From assembly GCF_009914755.1 (NCBI RefSeq), contig NC_060927.1: a DNA stretch of 64,000 bases. The stretch is one strand, 5' to 3'. The DNA is from the human T2T-CHM13v2.0 reference genome, Homo sapiens. Numbering within the stretch: position 1 is the stretch's first letter; each line of letters opens with the position of its first letter. Of this stretch, positions 13,979 through 27,780 are shown one piece after another. The position numbers and the translations under genes were made by a program. The notes beneath the pieces were generated by a model, which saw nothing but the letters and a program-made list of their open reading frames with translations, was not told the origin of the DNA and made no database searches.

Positions 13979-15249
13979 TATTCAACTCTAGTTCTGAAAC
14001 ATCTATAAAAGAAATGGAGAATTGTCCTATCTTCTCTTAGCAGTATTGTTTTCCCAAACTATTAGAGGTTATTATTTCATCTATTTTTTTATTTATTTCT
14101 GGAAAATTCAGGTTCTTTATGTGGATATTACCCAAATCAGAGCAAGGAGGATCAAAAGTGAAATAACAATTAGTGAAGATGAAACAGGAGATTAGCCTCT
14201 TACTAATTAGTCTCATTGTCCTACCACATAGAGAACTTTGAGTAGCCTGCTGCATTGATATTTGTAGTTAAAATGGTGGCTGCTGCTGCTGTTTGAATTT
14301 TCTCAGTCTTTCTTCTCTTTTAAAGCACCAATAATTAATTCTTTTTCATTTTCTCTAAGCCCTTTTGAGAAATACTCTTTGCTTCTCTAGCTAAGCTTTT
14401 TTTTTTTTTTTAATTAAAATGAATCTGAAGGAAATACTCTGCATTTGCCCTATAAAAAGGGACCAGGATTTTTGTTTGCAGAAAACCATGTTCTTTCTCC
14501 TTAAGAGTTCCACAGTGACAACAGGTGGTGGTTACTCTCTCGGTTGCTCTATTTGACTTCCACTTCAGGATTTCTGACAAAAGCAGAAGGCCAGCTCCTC
14601 CCTCAGACTGAACACTCGTCTCCAGTGTATTGGAAAAGGACCTTTCCCCATGTCCTCACTGGAGTCCCTGTTCAGTGCTTAGTCTAGCAGAGCCAAAGCC
14701 CACATTCTATTAACCAGATGTCCTGCAGAGGAGTGTAAACCCTAAAATAATGGACAGCCAGGCCGCCTTAGAAGGAAGCAGTCATGCAGACTGATTTGCT
14801 GTCTGTTTTAAATCCTGGTAGCATGAGGTAATTTACAACCTGTAATTTCCTCACTGAGTGGGAGGAATTATTCACATGCTATCAATGAAGGCACAATATA
14901 ATTTACAGGTTTTTCTGCTACCCAGTCTTTTGGTTTAAGTTTCTGGCATCCTCTGAAGAGGAAAGGTGATGCCTAACAGAAAAGCTGGCATAAAATGAAT
15001 ACTCCAGAAATGTTAGTGATAGTAGAGACAGTATACAAGGAAAAAAGGAGAGAGGGAGGGAGAGACAGAGAGGGAAAGAAGGAGGGAGAAGAGGAAATAC
15101 AGGAGAAGGAAGGTCAGTATTGTCAAATACTGAAGGAAAAATAAGGACAACAAGGACTCAAAAAGCAGGCCCTTTGATGTGACAATTAGGTTATTCATAA
15201 AAAAGGAACAGCAGTAGGGTTGACAGCCAGTAGCCAGGCCATAAATTTT

Positions 15250-15572
15250 GAAAGAAAATGGGGTGATTCAGGAAATATGGTAAATTAACTAAATTTTTCT
15301 GAGTTTACTTCCTGGTGAAATCCCAATAAAACTGAAATCCCACTGAAATATCAAGTAATATTTAAGGCATAAATCTACAAATATGGGGGGATTAGGAGCA
15401 GGGAAATCAATAAACTAAAAATTTTGAATGCTAGAACATAGATGGAATAAAGATAACTGATGTAGCAGCAGAGAGAAAGCCATACCCTAAGACTGCAATG
15501 GGAAAAGCTAGGAACCGACTTGAGGAACCAATAGCACTAGATAACTCTGGGAGTATTTGGTGAAGTGGAGTG

Positions 15573-15614
<42 letters not shown>

Positions 15615-17160
15615 AGAGAAGTGATCTCCTTTCTAATCACATGAGTTCCACCTAGGAAACCAACTCTTTCTAAAATTTCTTGCAAAGACCTCTTCTGTTT
15701 TAGCACACGTCTGAGCAGATGATGGCAGGTTTATCCTCTGAAGAGATTAAAGCTGAGAATCTATCAAGGTTCAGACAGAGAAGCAGGGTGACTATGAGTG
15801 TTATGTAATTAGGTGTGTGTCATGGCAACTAGAATTTACATAGTTGTAGAAGACACTGGAGAATCAGAGAAATAACCACCCATTCAATCCAAGAAGCCAC
15901 ACATGTCCAACAGTGAATTGGGGCTGCAGAGAGGAAGCTCACGGAAAGGTCTAGGGGGTACTATTGCTTCTAGGTAGCTCTTATGCCTATAGATCTTCAG
16001 CAAAGCATCTAACTGTGGGCCTGAGGCCCCTGTTGTCAGCATGGCAAACACTTTGCAAGAAACACTGAATGTGAAGTTCAGGAGAGGGAGGACAAGTGGG
16101 AACCTGACAAACCCTTATTGTGTGTCTGACCTATTTGACCATGAAAAGAGCTTCACAGTGTATTGAGTGATGCTTCACTTCTTTCTTCTGAATCTTATTA
16201 AAGTTTTTTTTTTATTTTTTGGCCACTCTAACATAGAAGAATACAGGAAAAGAGAGTCTAAAAAACATATTTCTCAGCTTAACCAAGTTGACAGCAGAGG
16301 GTCTCTGGACTATTGGACTATAGGGATGGTCTAGGGCTGGTATCATTTATGTGAACAGAGAGACCAAAGAAATTGATGCATATAAAATGCTGATCTCTCA
16401 GCCTTCTTTTCCCACTCACAAAATATCAGCAGCTAGGCCTTGACCCTCCAGACTACAGATCAGAAGGTTCTTATGAAGTCTGACTTCCAATAAAATAAAA
16501 GCCTAAATATTTGGACTTCACGTCTTCTCTAACAGATGACTTAGCCCAATCTTGTCACGGTGAAATGATGTGTCAGTGAGACTCATCCACTTACTCAGAG
16601 TTTCTAGTTAGCCTTTTAGCCCACAACACTCTCAAATATGAAGAGACAGCCAGGATCACTAGGTAAGTATGGAAAGCCACTAACATGGAAGAGGGAGTCC
16701 AAAGCCATAGACAGAAGAAAACAACTTGCAGAAAGTTGAGACTATGCAAATGAAAAGATATTTTTTAAAAGTATTACTAATATTTTCAAAGAAATAAGAT
16801 ATTATATTCCATTCATTAAACAACTTTCAGTATTATGGAAAAGAACTACTCATGAAACAAAAAGATATCTTATAAAATTTAAAACTTGAGGGAAAAGAGT
16901 AAAACTCAATATAACTTTCAGAGGATAAAGTTGAAGACATCTTTAAAAAGGTAATCCAAAAAGATGAAGAAAGCAGAGGGAAAAAGCAGTGGGCTCACTC
17001 AAGAAAAATTTCCAAGACTGAATATTGTTCTAACCAAAATAATAATAAATCTCTTTTGGAAGAATAAGATGGAAGTTTGCACACATCTTTGGAGATGTGG
17101 AGTGGGAAGAATCTAAATTCTTATCTGTCATAGTGGGTAGTCAATAGTGCCAAATCTGAA
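15250..17160 (+). mobile_element. Very old L1/HAL1-like 5' and ORF1 remnants, probably with nested fragments
   Basis: A-rich ORF1-like stretch at 16620-16990 (GAGGATAAAGTTGAAGACATCTT); weak recognition. Confidence 0.35.
15575..15612 (+). repeat. (GT)n microsatellite
   Basis: About 19 uninterrupted GT units. Confidence 0.97.
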
Positions 17161-17169
17161 AAAAAAAAA

Positions 17170-17202
<33 letters not shown>

Positions 17203-17287
17203 TACACATACATATATACATATATGTATATACATACATATACACATATATGTATATACATACATATACACATATATGTATATACAT

Positions 17288-17328
<41 letters not shown>
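17159..17328 (+). repeat. Compound A/(TA)/(CA) microsatellite with internal 26-bp x3 tandem
   Basis: TATATGTATATACATACATATACACA repeated three times at 17221-17298 between two (CA)n runs. Confidence 0.95.
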
Positions 17329-17329
<1 letters not shown>

Positions 17330-17349
17330 TGGGAAATAAGAAAATAGTG

Positions 17350-17650
<301 letters not shown>

Positions 17651-17904
17651 AGCCATGTTATTTAGAGATACTAACGTACGTACATAAAGAGTAATTGAAA
17701 GTGATTGTCTCTGGAAAAGAGGAAATAAGGAAAAAGGGTCTGTGAATCATTTTTTGTCATAACAAATCTGGTAGAACTAGTGGCTCTTTGAACTGAGTAA
17801 ATGCTTAAAAATGTTGAGGCGAAAAAAGTGGCTAGGTAGTGAGGAAGTAGACGCAGTCTGTTAGGCTGAGTTTGACATAAATAGAAAAAATACGCAAATG
17901 ACAA

Positions 17905-18244
17905 TGAGACAGCCGGGTGGGAAGGGCTTCCTGGCAGAACTGCAACCGGCCGGTGCACTGGGAGGAGTGCGCCCTGGGGTGGAGCCACAGAAGTTCGTAC
18001 GGTTTCCAGCAGAGAGGAGCCTGGCCCTTCCTCTTCCTGTGTAGAACCCGGGATTTTAAAACTGCGAGGCGAGAAGCGCACCACCAGGGGTTCTGGCTTT
18101 GTGGAGAGTCGCTGTTTCCCTTTTATCCTTTTTTCCCAGTAAATCCCATTATTCTCGCCTTTCAAATGGTCTGCAAGGCTAATTTTTTGTGGCGTGTGAT
18201 AAGGACCTGGCTCTTAGCTGAACTAAGGAAAAAGTCCCTCAAGA
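17905..18244 (+). mobile_element. MER61-like ERV1 solo LTR
   Basis: Starts TGAGACAGCCGGGTGGGAAGGG and ends CTTAGCTGAACTAAGGAAAAAGTCC; GC/CpG-richer than its flanks. Confidence 0.8.
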
Positions 18245-19929
18245 AGAAGATATTGATAGGTGGAATGTAACAAGGAAGGATGCGTGGGGTACTCTGAGAG
18301 GAACAGGGAAATTATGTGAATATTACTAGGCTACAAGGCAGCAACCAATAGAGATGAAGGGAATGGTTATAGAGAAGTGATAGTTACTAGATGGATGTAC
18401 TTAAGAATTTGGGAGGGTGGGTAATCAAAGCACATTTTTTAAAAAAAAGCTTACCTTGGTGAAATATAAGAAACACAATCTCCTGAAAACAAAGTGAAAA
18501 AACAGAGAAGTCAAATACAAATCTGACATAAAGAAGTAAGTCTTGCTCAAGAAAGACCTTGAAGCAGCCACACCAAAGGGTAAAGGAGCACTTTATTGGC
18601 AATGGAGGCATAGACATCATTCGATTACTTTAATCACAGGGCTCATATTGCCCCAGGTTGTGCCTCAATATTTTAAAATAGCCATAAATTTTCAAAAGAA
18701 CACTTCCTTATGCAATGTATCCTTAAAAATTCATATAAGAATGTGTATGATTCATCTTCCTTCCATCTCTCCTTTTTTTTTGTTTTTCATGTCCATCAAG
18801 TCTGTCTAGGTCTCCACTGAACATATCCACTGCTCGATCTAATAACTGGAATAAACTATTCTGAAACAGTTAAATGAGAATTAGCTGGCCACACGGGAAG
18901 GCTCTGTTTCTAATTGGGTAATTATATTCCTGTCTATTAATCTTCAGTGTTAATCAGTCTAGGGAAGACAACCTGATCAATAAACAAACAACAGAGAAAA
19001 AAATCTTAAAATATATGGGTCACTAAAATCATTTTCTAAATGTTCTATATTTTAACAGGACGCCATAGAAAATAAAAGTGGACATTGGAGATTTCATTAT
19101 TAGAAATGTTAATTTTTAAAAATTAGCTTTTTTGAAATCCACTGCCTTTTGTAAAAGCCATCAATTCAGAAAAAAAGTGTCTTATTGTTTGAAGCAAATG
19201 TTTATAGAATATACATGTGAAATATGCTACTTCTGTGTTTATTTGTACCTGAATGCAAAGAGAACATGAATAATCTTACAAATGTGGCAGGATTCCCACA
19301 AACCCCAGAAACCACATCAGCCAAATAGCTAGAGCACAGTAGGCATTCTAACTTAATAGTTTGCCTCAAGGAAGGTCAGAGTGACCTTGTTAATTGCTGA
19401 TTCTGCAAAGAAGTAATTGCCAGATTAACAAAGCAAAAGGACAGTCTGTCTAGGTTCAAAATAATACTAGCACAAAAGAAAATCTGTTCTTTGCCCACGT
19501 ACTCATTCCCTCCTGACAACATTCCCTAAGATACCAACATTTTAAGCAGAGGCAAGAAGAAAATTACCATTGTTTGCTGAACACCTACTATGTGTCTGCC
19601 ACTTTTACAATTATAATGGCAGAGTCTTGTGTCTGATCAATACTAAATAAAATGGAGATTTCTGCTAAGAAGACATTATTCACAAGCGTTATAATTAACA
19701 TGTGTGTTTGTAATGAGGAGTAAATGCATGCTATATGCAGAACTATGCAGGGTGAGGGGCAGAAACACTGAGAAGGCCACACATCTATTCTCCCAGTGTG
19801 CCTAAGAAGGAGTTGCACTCAGTACAGAAAATGCCCTCCACTCCCCTCCGGGTTTGCATACATGAAGTAACGAGTAACTTGCTAGAGACAGATCCATTGT
19901 GAGGGATAGCAAATGGAATAGGAACACCA

Positions 19930-19971
<42 letters not shown>
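19930..19971 (+). repeat. (CA)n microsatellite
   Basis: About 20 perfect units. Confidence 0.97.
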
Positions 19972-19976
<5 letters not shown>

Positions 19977-20618
19977 GGCATGTTAGGTTTGAATAACCAA
20001 AAAACAAAATACATAAATTTTGAAGGTAGACTAAGAAAAACATACATCACACATGAGGAACAAAGATTAGAATAAAAGTAGACTTCTTTTTCAGAAATCA
20101 TACAAACTAGAAAATAATAGATTGACATCTTTAAAATGTTAAAGAAAAAATAACTTATTAAGCCAGAATTCTATACTAGACAAAATTATTTTACAAGAAT
20201 GAAGAAGAAATACTTTCCTTGGAAAAACAAAAACTCTGGGAATTTCCTGCCAGTAAACATAAGCTACAAGATATGAAAGAGAAATTTATTCAGATAGAAA
20301 GAATATGACACCAGACAAAAAGTTGGTGTCTCAAAGAGATAAGAGAACTAAATATAAAATAAATTAAAGTAATATAATTTTTTCTCCTTTTAAATTACTT
20401 TAAAATATAACTGACTTGACAACAAAAATTGTAGCAATTTATTTCGTATTTATAGCATACGTAAAAGACATAAAAACAATAGTACAAACGATAGGAGAGA
20501 AGCAATGAGAATGTTTACTTAACAAAACGTGGAACATTACGATGTTATTTGAAGAAAGGCTGTAATTAATTTTAAATATATATGTAATATGTATTTAAAT
20601 ATACATATTGAAAGAGAG

Positions 20619-20960
<342 letters not shown>

Positions 20961-23081
20961 TTATTAAAAGGAGATATAAATAATAAGTCAGCAGATGATA
21001 TAAAATGAGATAAAAATACACTCAAGTGATACAAGATAAGATGTAGAAACAAAAAATAGAAAGAATAGATAAAACAAATAGAAAATATTTGATATTAATT
21101 CAATCCTATAAAATATTAAATAGGAATCATATACACACTCCAGTTAAAAAATAATGGTTATCAGAGTAAATAAAAAAGCAATATCAAACTATTTACTACA
21201 CACAAAAAGATCACAATATAAAAAATAGATAAGTTGAAAGTAAAGGGATGAAGAAAGATATTCCATGCTTATGCTTATCAAAATAAAGCTGAGGTAACCA
21301 CATGAATGAGACAAATTATACTTCAGAGTAGAGATTATTATCAAGGTCAAAAAGGGGCATTACCTTTTAAAAGAAGGTCAACTTTCCAAGAGTACATAAT
21401 AATCCTAAATGTGTATGTATTTAGCAAGAATGTTTAAACTACATGAAATAAAAACTGTTAGAACTAAAAGCAGATGTCCATACGCAGAAAAAACTTTGAT
21501 ACAAATTTCATAACTCCTACAAAAATTATTTTTAAATGCATCCATCATAGATATAAAGGTGTAATATAAAACTATCAAACTTTAGATTAAAACAGGAGAA
21601 AAACTGCGTGATTTGGTTTGCTTTTTTTTTTTAAGATATAACACCAAAGCATAATGCATAAAAGAAAAAAATAACAAATGATATCCTGCCAAAATTTTAA
21701 ACTTTTGCACTGAAAAAATACTACTAAGATAAGTAAAAGATAGCCACAGACTAAAAGAATATATTTACAAAGTGCATATCTGATAAAAGATTTTTATCTA
21801 AAATATATAAGAATTCTAAGAACATCTAAAAAAGGAAAAAAATGAGCAAAAGTTCTCAACAAAATAAGGAAGATATACAGATAAAAATAAACATATGAGA
21901 AGATGTTCAAACTCACCAGTCATTAGAAAAACATAAATCAAAATCACAACAAAATGTCCCTACCCAGACCTATTTTACCATCAAAAATTTAATTTCTTAA
22001 AAATGACAGTGTCATGTGCTGGCAAGAATGTAGAAATACCACTCTCACACATTGTTGGTGGGAGTACAAAATAATGCAGTCACTTTGGGAAAGTCACAGT
22101 TAAAAATACACATACTGCATAACCCAGCGATCCCACTGCTCAGTATTTATTCAAGAGAAATGAAAACCCAAATACTCAAAAACCTATGCATAAATGTCTA
22201 TAGCAACTTTGTTCATAACTCCAAAATCTGAAAAGAATTCAAATGCCTTTCAACAAGTAACTAGACAAACTGCAGTATATCCATACAATGGAATAGTATT
22301 TGGCAGTAAAGATGGAACAATCTATAGATTTATACGATAACATGTCTGAATCTTACATTTTGCTAAATGAAAGAGCCAAACCCAGAAGTCTATATATTGC
22401 ATTTTTCCATTTATATGGGATTCTGGGGAAGTCAACATTATAGGAATGGTAAAAAGATTGGCATTATCAGGGGTTAGCAACGATGAGTATAGTGTATAAG
22501 AGAAGCAAAGGGAGTAATTGAGATGTTCAAACTTTCTGTTTGATACTGTGATGGTGGATACACAATTGCATGTATTTTTCAAAGACTGTGGAACTCTGCA
22601 TCACAGACTTACTTCTACAACATGCAAATTTAAATTTTGAAAAATAAACAAGTATTGGGAGGAAATCAAGGAACTGAAAACAGAATGCCTATTGTGACCA
22701 TTCTCACTGCACTATAAATAAAAGACACAACCACATTGAAGAGGTAAGGAAGAAAGGATCTAATCTAAGTAATTTTGGACAACAGTGTTTAAACCGGATA
22801 CTGGAAGGCTAAAGACAAAATGAACTGTATATAATCATTGTACTCTAGTTGAGTAAGTTAGTTTCTCAAAGGGTTATGAATTAGCAATTCTGAAACTGCT
22901 TTTTATTTACGGAAAGGGTGAACTGCTAAGTAAATATATGATATATGATGAGAGCCAGTTTTCTCACCATTAAAGAAAGAATTTAAAATAAAGAGGAAAT
23001 AAGAGGGGAAGAAAAAAGGGAGACTGCTAGGAGGAGCCCTGTGTGGTTGGATTTGAATTGGAGGTACCTGTATAAACTCAC

Positions 23082-23455
23082 TGATATGATTTGGCTATGT
23101 CCTCACCCAAATCTCATCTTGAATTGTAGTGCTTATAATCCCCATGTGTTGTGGGAGGGACCCAGTGGGAAAAAATTCAGTCATAGGGGCAGTTACCTCC
23201 ACACTGTTCTCATAATAGTGACTGAGTTCTCACAAGATCTGATGGGTTTACAAGAGGCTTTCCCGGACTTCACTCTGTGCTTCTCCTTGCTACCACTATG
23301 TGAAGAAAAATGTATTGGCTTCCTCTTTCACCATGATTGTAAGTTTCCTGAGTTCTCCCCAGCCATGCTGAACTGTAGTAAATTAAACCTCTTTCCTTTA
23401 TAATTACTCAGTCTTGGGTATGTCTTTATTACCAGTGAAAGAACAGACTAATACA
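23082..23455 (+). mobile_element. THE1 (C/D-like) MaLR solo LTR
   Basis: TGATATGATTTGGCTATGTCCTCACCCAAATCTCATCTTGAATTGTAG ... GAACAGACTAATACA; TSD CTCAC / CTCAT. Confidence 0.92.
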
Positions 23456-25304
23456 CTCATGTTTTCCTTTTTGGTTTTTAAACTATATATGTATGTTGAT
23501 ATGTATAGACATAAATATACATGTGTGTATACATGTATATTTATTTACTACCTCTGATATTTGAGGAGTCCTAGAAGCAGTGATATCCTATTAAGAGTTA
23601 TAACACCTAACACACATATTTCAGTTTCTTAGTATCATTTTCCAATTAAAAAACAAGCTTCTTGGAGAAGAGCTTGATATCAGGGCTAGAGAGCAGTGAA
23701 AATATAAGTTGAGCTTCAGGCATCTTGTGGTGCCAGAAAAAATAAATTAATGAACTAAATAAATAAAGAATCGAGGCATGTAGAATCTATGCAGGAGCTA
23801 ACCTGGAAGAGTTCACAAAGGTCAAATGAGGAATAATTTGAGAAACAGAGTAAGTAAATACAATATTGGATTATAACCCAAAAAGTAAAATATATATCCA
23901 TGATTCCACATTGATACAAACAAATGATTAAATAAATACAAAAGGGGAAAAAGGATTGCATCTCTTCCTTATAGAATTCCCATTAACATAGAATGAAAAA
24001 AAAATTTTTAAATCACTATTTAAACATCACAGTTACAATTGTTGCAGGCAAGTTCCTTGGAATACTAAAAGTAGTAGGTTAAAGTTTAAGTAAATCAATA
24101 TTTGTATATTTGATATATCACCCCCTAAATATTTATTATTTATCAAAAGAAGAAATAGCAATTTACAGTGCAGAAATCTGGCTGCCACTATCTTAAGAAA
24201 GTTGTCAATGTCAATATAACCAGTAATAAAATATATTGATGCACTAAGAAGGGCACACTAAACATCTATGGTATTTTTCTCCAATCAACTTACTCTTGAG
24301 AAAACATCAGATAATCCCAAATTGGGGACATTCTCCAAAATATCTTACCTGAACTCTTCGGAAGTGCTAAGGTCATGAAAGACAAGGAAAGACTGAGGAA
24401 GTATCACAGATTGAAGACGGCTGAGGTTAAGTAAGACGTAACTACTAAATACTATATGGAATCTTGGATTCAATTTTGGAACACAAAGAGACACAGTGGA
24501 AAAGCTGGTGTTGAAATCAAGTTCAAATGAAGTCTGTAACTTAATTAATAGTATTGAACCAGTGTTAACTTCTTAGTTTTGATTGATCATTATACTGTAA
24601 TTAATAAAATATTAACATTATCTGACATGGGTTACGGGTCATGGGAACTCTCTGTACTATTTTTGTGACTTTTCTATAAGTGTAAAATTCTTAATATTTC
24701 AAAATAAAAATAATTTTTAAGTGCCCATCTTTTTTTAGATTCTATTGTTAGGTATTTGGGCATCAATATTTTTCAAAAGCTACTCTAAAGGTTCTAATAT
24801 CAGTGTTTAAGAACACTGCTCTCACGGGGTAAAAAAATGAAGAGAAAGTGAGAATTATAGTAAAATAGTCAAGAATTAATTAATGGAATAAATTGAACTT
24901 TGCTTATATTTGCCAGAAATTTTATGAATACAAAATATATGCTTATATAAACCCAAAAAACTTGCTTACGTGTTTGTTTAATCAGTCAGTTAAATAGTTG
25001 ATATTAAAAAAAAACAGTCAAAAGAGAATGTGACAAAATAATAACTACGAGTAATTGCATATAGAAGACATATTTCTCTGTTCCTTTTGTATTTTTTACT
25101 TCTTTCAAAAAAAGATTACAATTGCTAATTTTGTAATCAAGAGAAACAAATTTAAAGGCCACAAAGAAAAACATGTCTTCTAAGTGATTCTAATGCACTT
25201 TAAGTTTTGAGGGCCTTTGCCCTGGAGCAATTTCTTCACAGACCATCTGGACGGCAGAGGTATATCGCTGCACAGCGCATGGATTGAATATCTGAAATTA
25301 TCCT

Positions 25305-25719
25305 TTTCATGTGCGTCCGTGTGAAGAGCCCACCAAACAGGCTTTGTGTGAGCAACAAGGCTGTTTATTTCACCTGGGTGCTGGTGGGCTGAGTCCGAAA
25401 AGAGAGTCAGCGAAGGGAGATAGGGGTGGGGCCATTTTATTAGATTTGGGTAGGTAAAGGAAAATTACAGTCAAAGGGGGTTGTTCTCTAGTGGGCAGGA
25501 GTGGGGGTCACAAGGTACTCAGTGGGGGAGCTTTTGAGCCAGGATGAGCCAGGAGAAGGGATTTCACAAGGCAATGTCATTAGTTAAGGCAGGAACAGGC
25601 CATTTTCACTTCTTTTGTGGTGGAATGTCATCAGTTAAGGCAGGAACCGGCCATCTGGATTGTACGTGCAGGTCACAGGGGATGATATGATGGCTTAACT
25701 TGGGCTCAGAGGCCTGACA
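25305..25719 (-). mobile_element. HERV-H 3' LTR (LTR7 family)
   Basis: Minus strand TGTCAGGCCTCTGAGCCCAAG ... ATGAAA, preceded by PPT-like ATAAGAAGACAGGAA; minus-strand AATAAA at 25364-25369. Confidence 0.97.
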
Positions 25720-25939
25720 TTCCTGTCTTCTTATATTAATAAGAAAAATAAAACGAAATAGTGGTAAAGTGTTGGGACAGCGAACATTTTTGGTGGGTGG
25801 TATGGAGAGATAATGGGCGATGTTTCTCAGGGCTGCTTCGAGCGGGATTAGGGGCGGCGTGGGAACCTAGAGTGGGAGAGGTTAAGCTGAAGGAAGATTT
25901 TGTGGTAAGGGGTGATATTGTGAGACTGTTAGAAGAAAC

Positions 25940-26075
25940 ATTTGTCATTTAGAATTATTGGTGATGGCCTGGATACGGTTTTGTATGAATTGAAAATCTA
26001 AACAGAATAAGAGAAGGAGAAAAACAGGTATTAAAGGTCTAAGAATTGGGAGGACCTAGGACATCTAATTAGAGT
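25940..26075 (-). pseudogene. env: env transmembrane C-terminal remnant
   Basis: Minus-strand translation resembles LPILRPLIPVFLLLLF...QNRIQAITNNS; most of env is missing. Confidence 0.6.
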
Positions 26076-26299
26076 ACCTAAGGAGATTCAGCATAGTCCT
26101 GTCAGCAAAGATTATTTATTTACTTCAAGAGTTAAGAGTGGTAGTTTGGGGATAGCACCAGGAGATATCAGCTGTGATGGCTTGGAAAAACAGGGTAAAC
26201 CGGCAGTGTAAACAAGAGCAGGGCATGTATGAGTAGTTGAGAACGGTGAATAGGAGTATGACTAGACAGAAGATAGTAGGGATGACAAGTTTTTTTGGG

Positions 26300-27780
26300 G
26301 CACAGTCTAAGTTGATCTGGTGTCTGGAATGAGACTGGGGCCTAATAAAAAGGAGCGTCTATACAGGAGCTCAAATGGGCTGTACCTTGTAGCATTCTGA
26401 GGACAGGTCTGACTTCTGAGAAGGGAAAGTGGTAAAAGTATTGTCCAGTCCTTTTTAAGTTGGTGGCTGAGCTTGGTGAGGTGTGTTTTTAAAAGACCTT
26501 TAGTCCGTTCTACTTTTCCTGAAGACGGAGGACCGTAAGGGATATAAACGTTTCACTGAATACTAACAGCCTGAAAAACTACTTGGCTGATTTGACTAAT
26601 AAAGGCTGGTCTGTTATCAGACTGTATAGAGGTGGGAAGGCTAAACTGAGGAATTATGTCTGACGGAAGGGAAGAAATGACTGTGGTGGCCTTCTCAGAC
26701 CCTGTAGGAAAGGACTCTACCTATCCAGTGAAAGTGTCTACCTAGCCCAAGAGGTATTTTAGTTATCTGACTTGGGGAATGTTGAGTAAAGCTAATTTGC
26801 CAGTCCTGGGTGGGGGCAAATCCTCGGCTTTGATGTGTAGGGAAGGGAGGCGGCCTGAATAATCCCTGAGGAGTAGTAGAATAGCAGATGGAACACTGAG
26901 AAGTTATTTCCTTGAGGATAGATTTCCACAATGGAAAGGAAATGAGAGGTTCTAAGAGGCGGGCTAGTGGCTTGTACTATAGCATAGCCTGCCTTTGCTG
27001 GTGTGTGGCGATTAGGCCTGGTGGAACTGCTATCAATAAACCAAGTGTGATCAGGGTGTGGACAGGAAAGAAGGAAATATGGGGAAATGGGGTGAATGTC
27101 AGATGGATCAGAGAGATACAGTCATGGGGGTCAGGTGTGGTATCCAGAATAATGTGGGAGGCTGGATTGAAGTCCGGGCCAGGAACAATGGTAATTGTGC
27201 AACTTAACAAAGAGTGAGTACAGCTGAAGGAGCCGGGGAGCAGAAAGCATATGCATCAGGCATGAGGAAGAAAATAGATTTTGGAAGTTATGAGAAATGT
27301 AGAGAGTGAGTTGAGCATAGTTTGTGATTTTGAGGGCCTCTAAAATATTAGGGCGGCAGCAGCCGCTGCACGGAGACATGAGGGCTAGGCTAAAACAGTA
27401 AGGTCAAGTTGTTTGGACAGAAAGGCTACAGAGTGCGGTCCTGGCTCTTGTGTAAGAATTCTGACTGCACTAACCATTTCTAGGAAGGAAAGGAGTTGTT
27501 GTTTTGTAAGGGATTGAAGTTTGGGAGATTAATCGGACACGATCAGCAGAGAGAGCACGTGTGTTTTTATGAGAATTATGCTGAGATAGGTAACAGATAA
27601 GGAAGAAATTTGGGCTTGAGTGAAGTAATGGGGGCTGTCTGTGAAGCTTTGTGGCAGTACAGCCCAGGTAATTTGCTGAGCCTGATGGGTGTCAGGGTCA
27701 GTCCAAGTGCAAGCGAAGAGATGCTGGGATGACAGGTGCAAAGGAATAGTAAAGAAAGCATGTTTGAGATCCAGAACAGA
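26300..27780 (-). pseudogene. pol: Disrupted pol (RT remainder, RNase H, integrase fragments)
   Basis: Integrase-like HQSRGFAPTQDWQISFT (ORF 26695-26931) and connection-region pieces (26977-27379); frameshifted and deleted. Confidence 0.8.

Noticed and set aside
17905-18244. p53 response element known from some MER61 subfamilies
   Set aside because: I found no RRRCWWGYYY pair in this copy.
17671-18270. 164-aa and 117-aa ORFs
   Set aside because: They lie over the GC-rich MER61-like LTR and show no recognisable domain.
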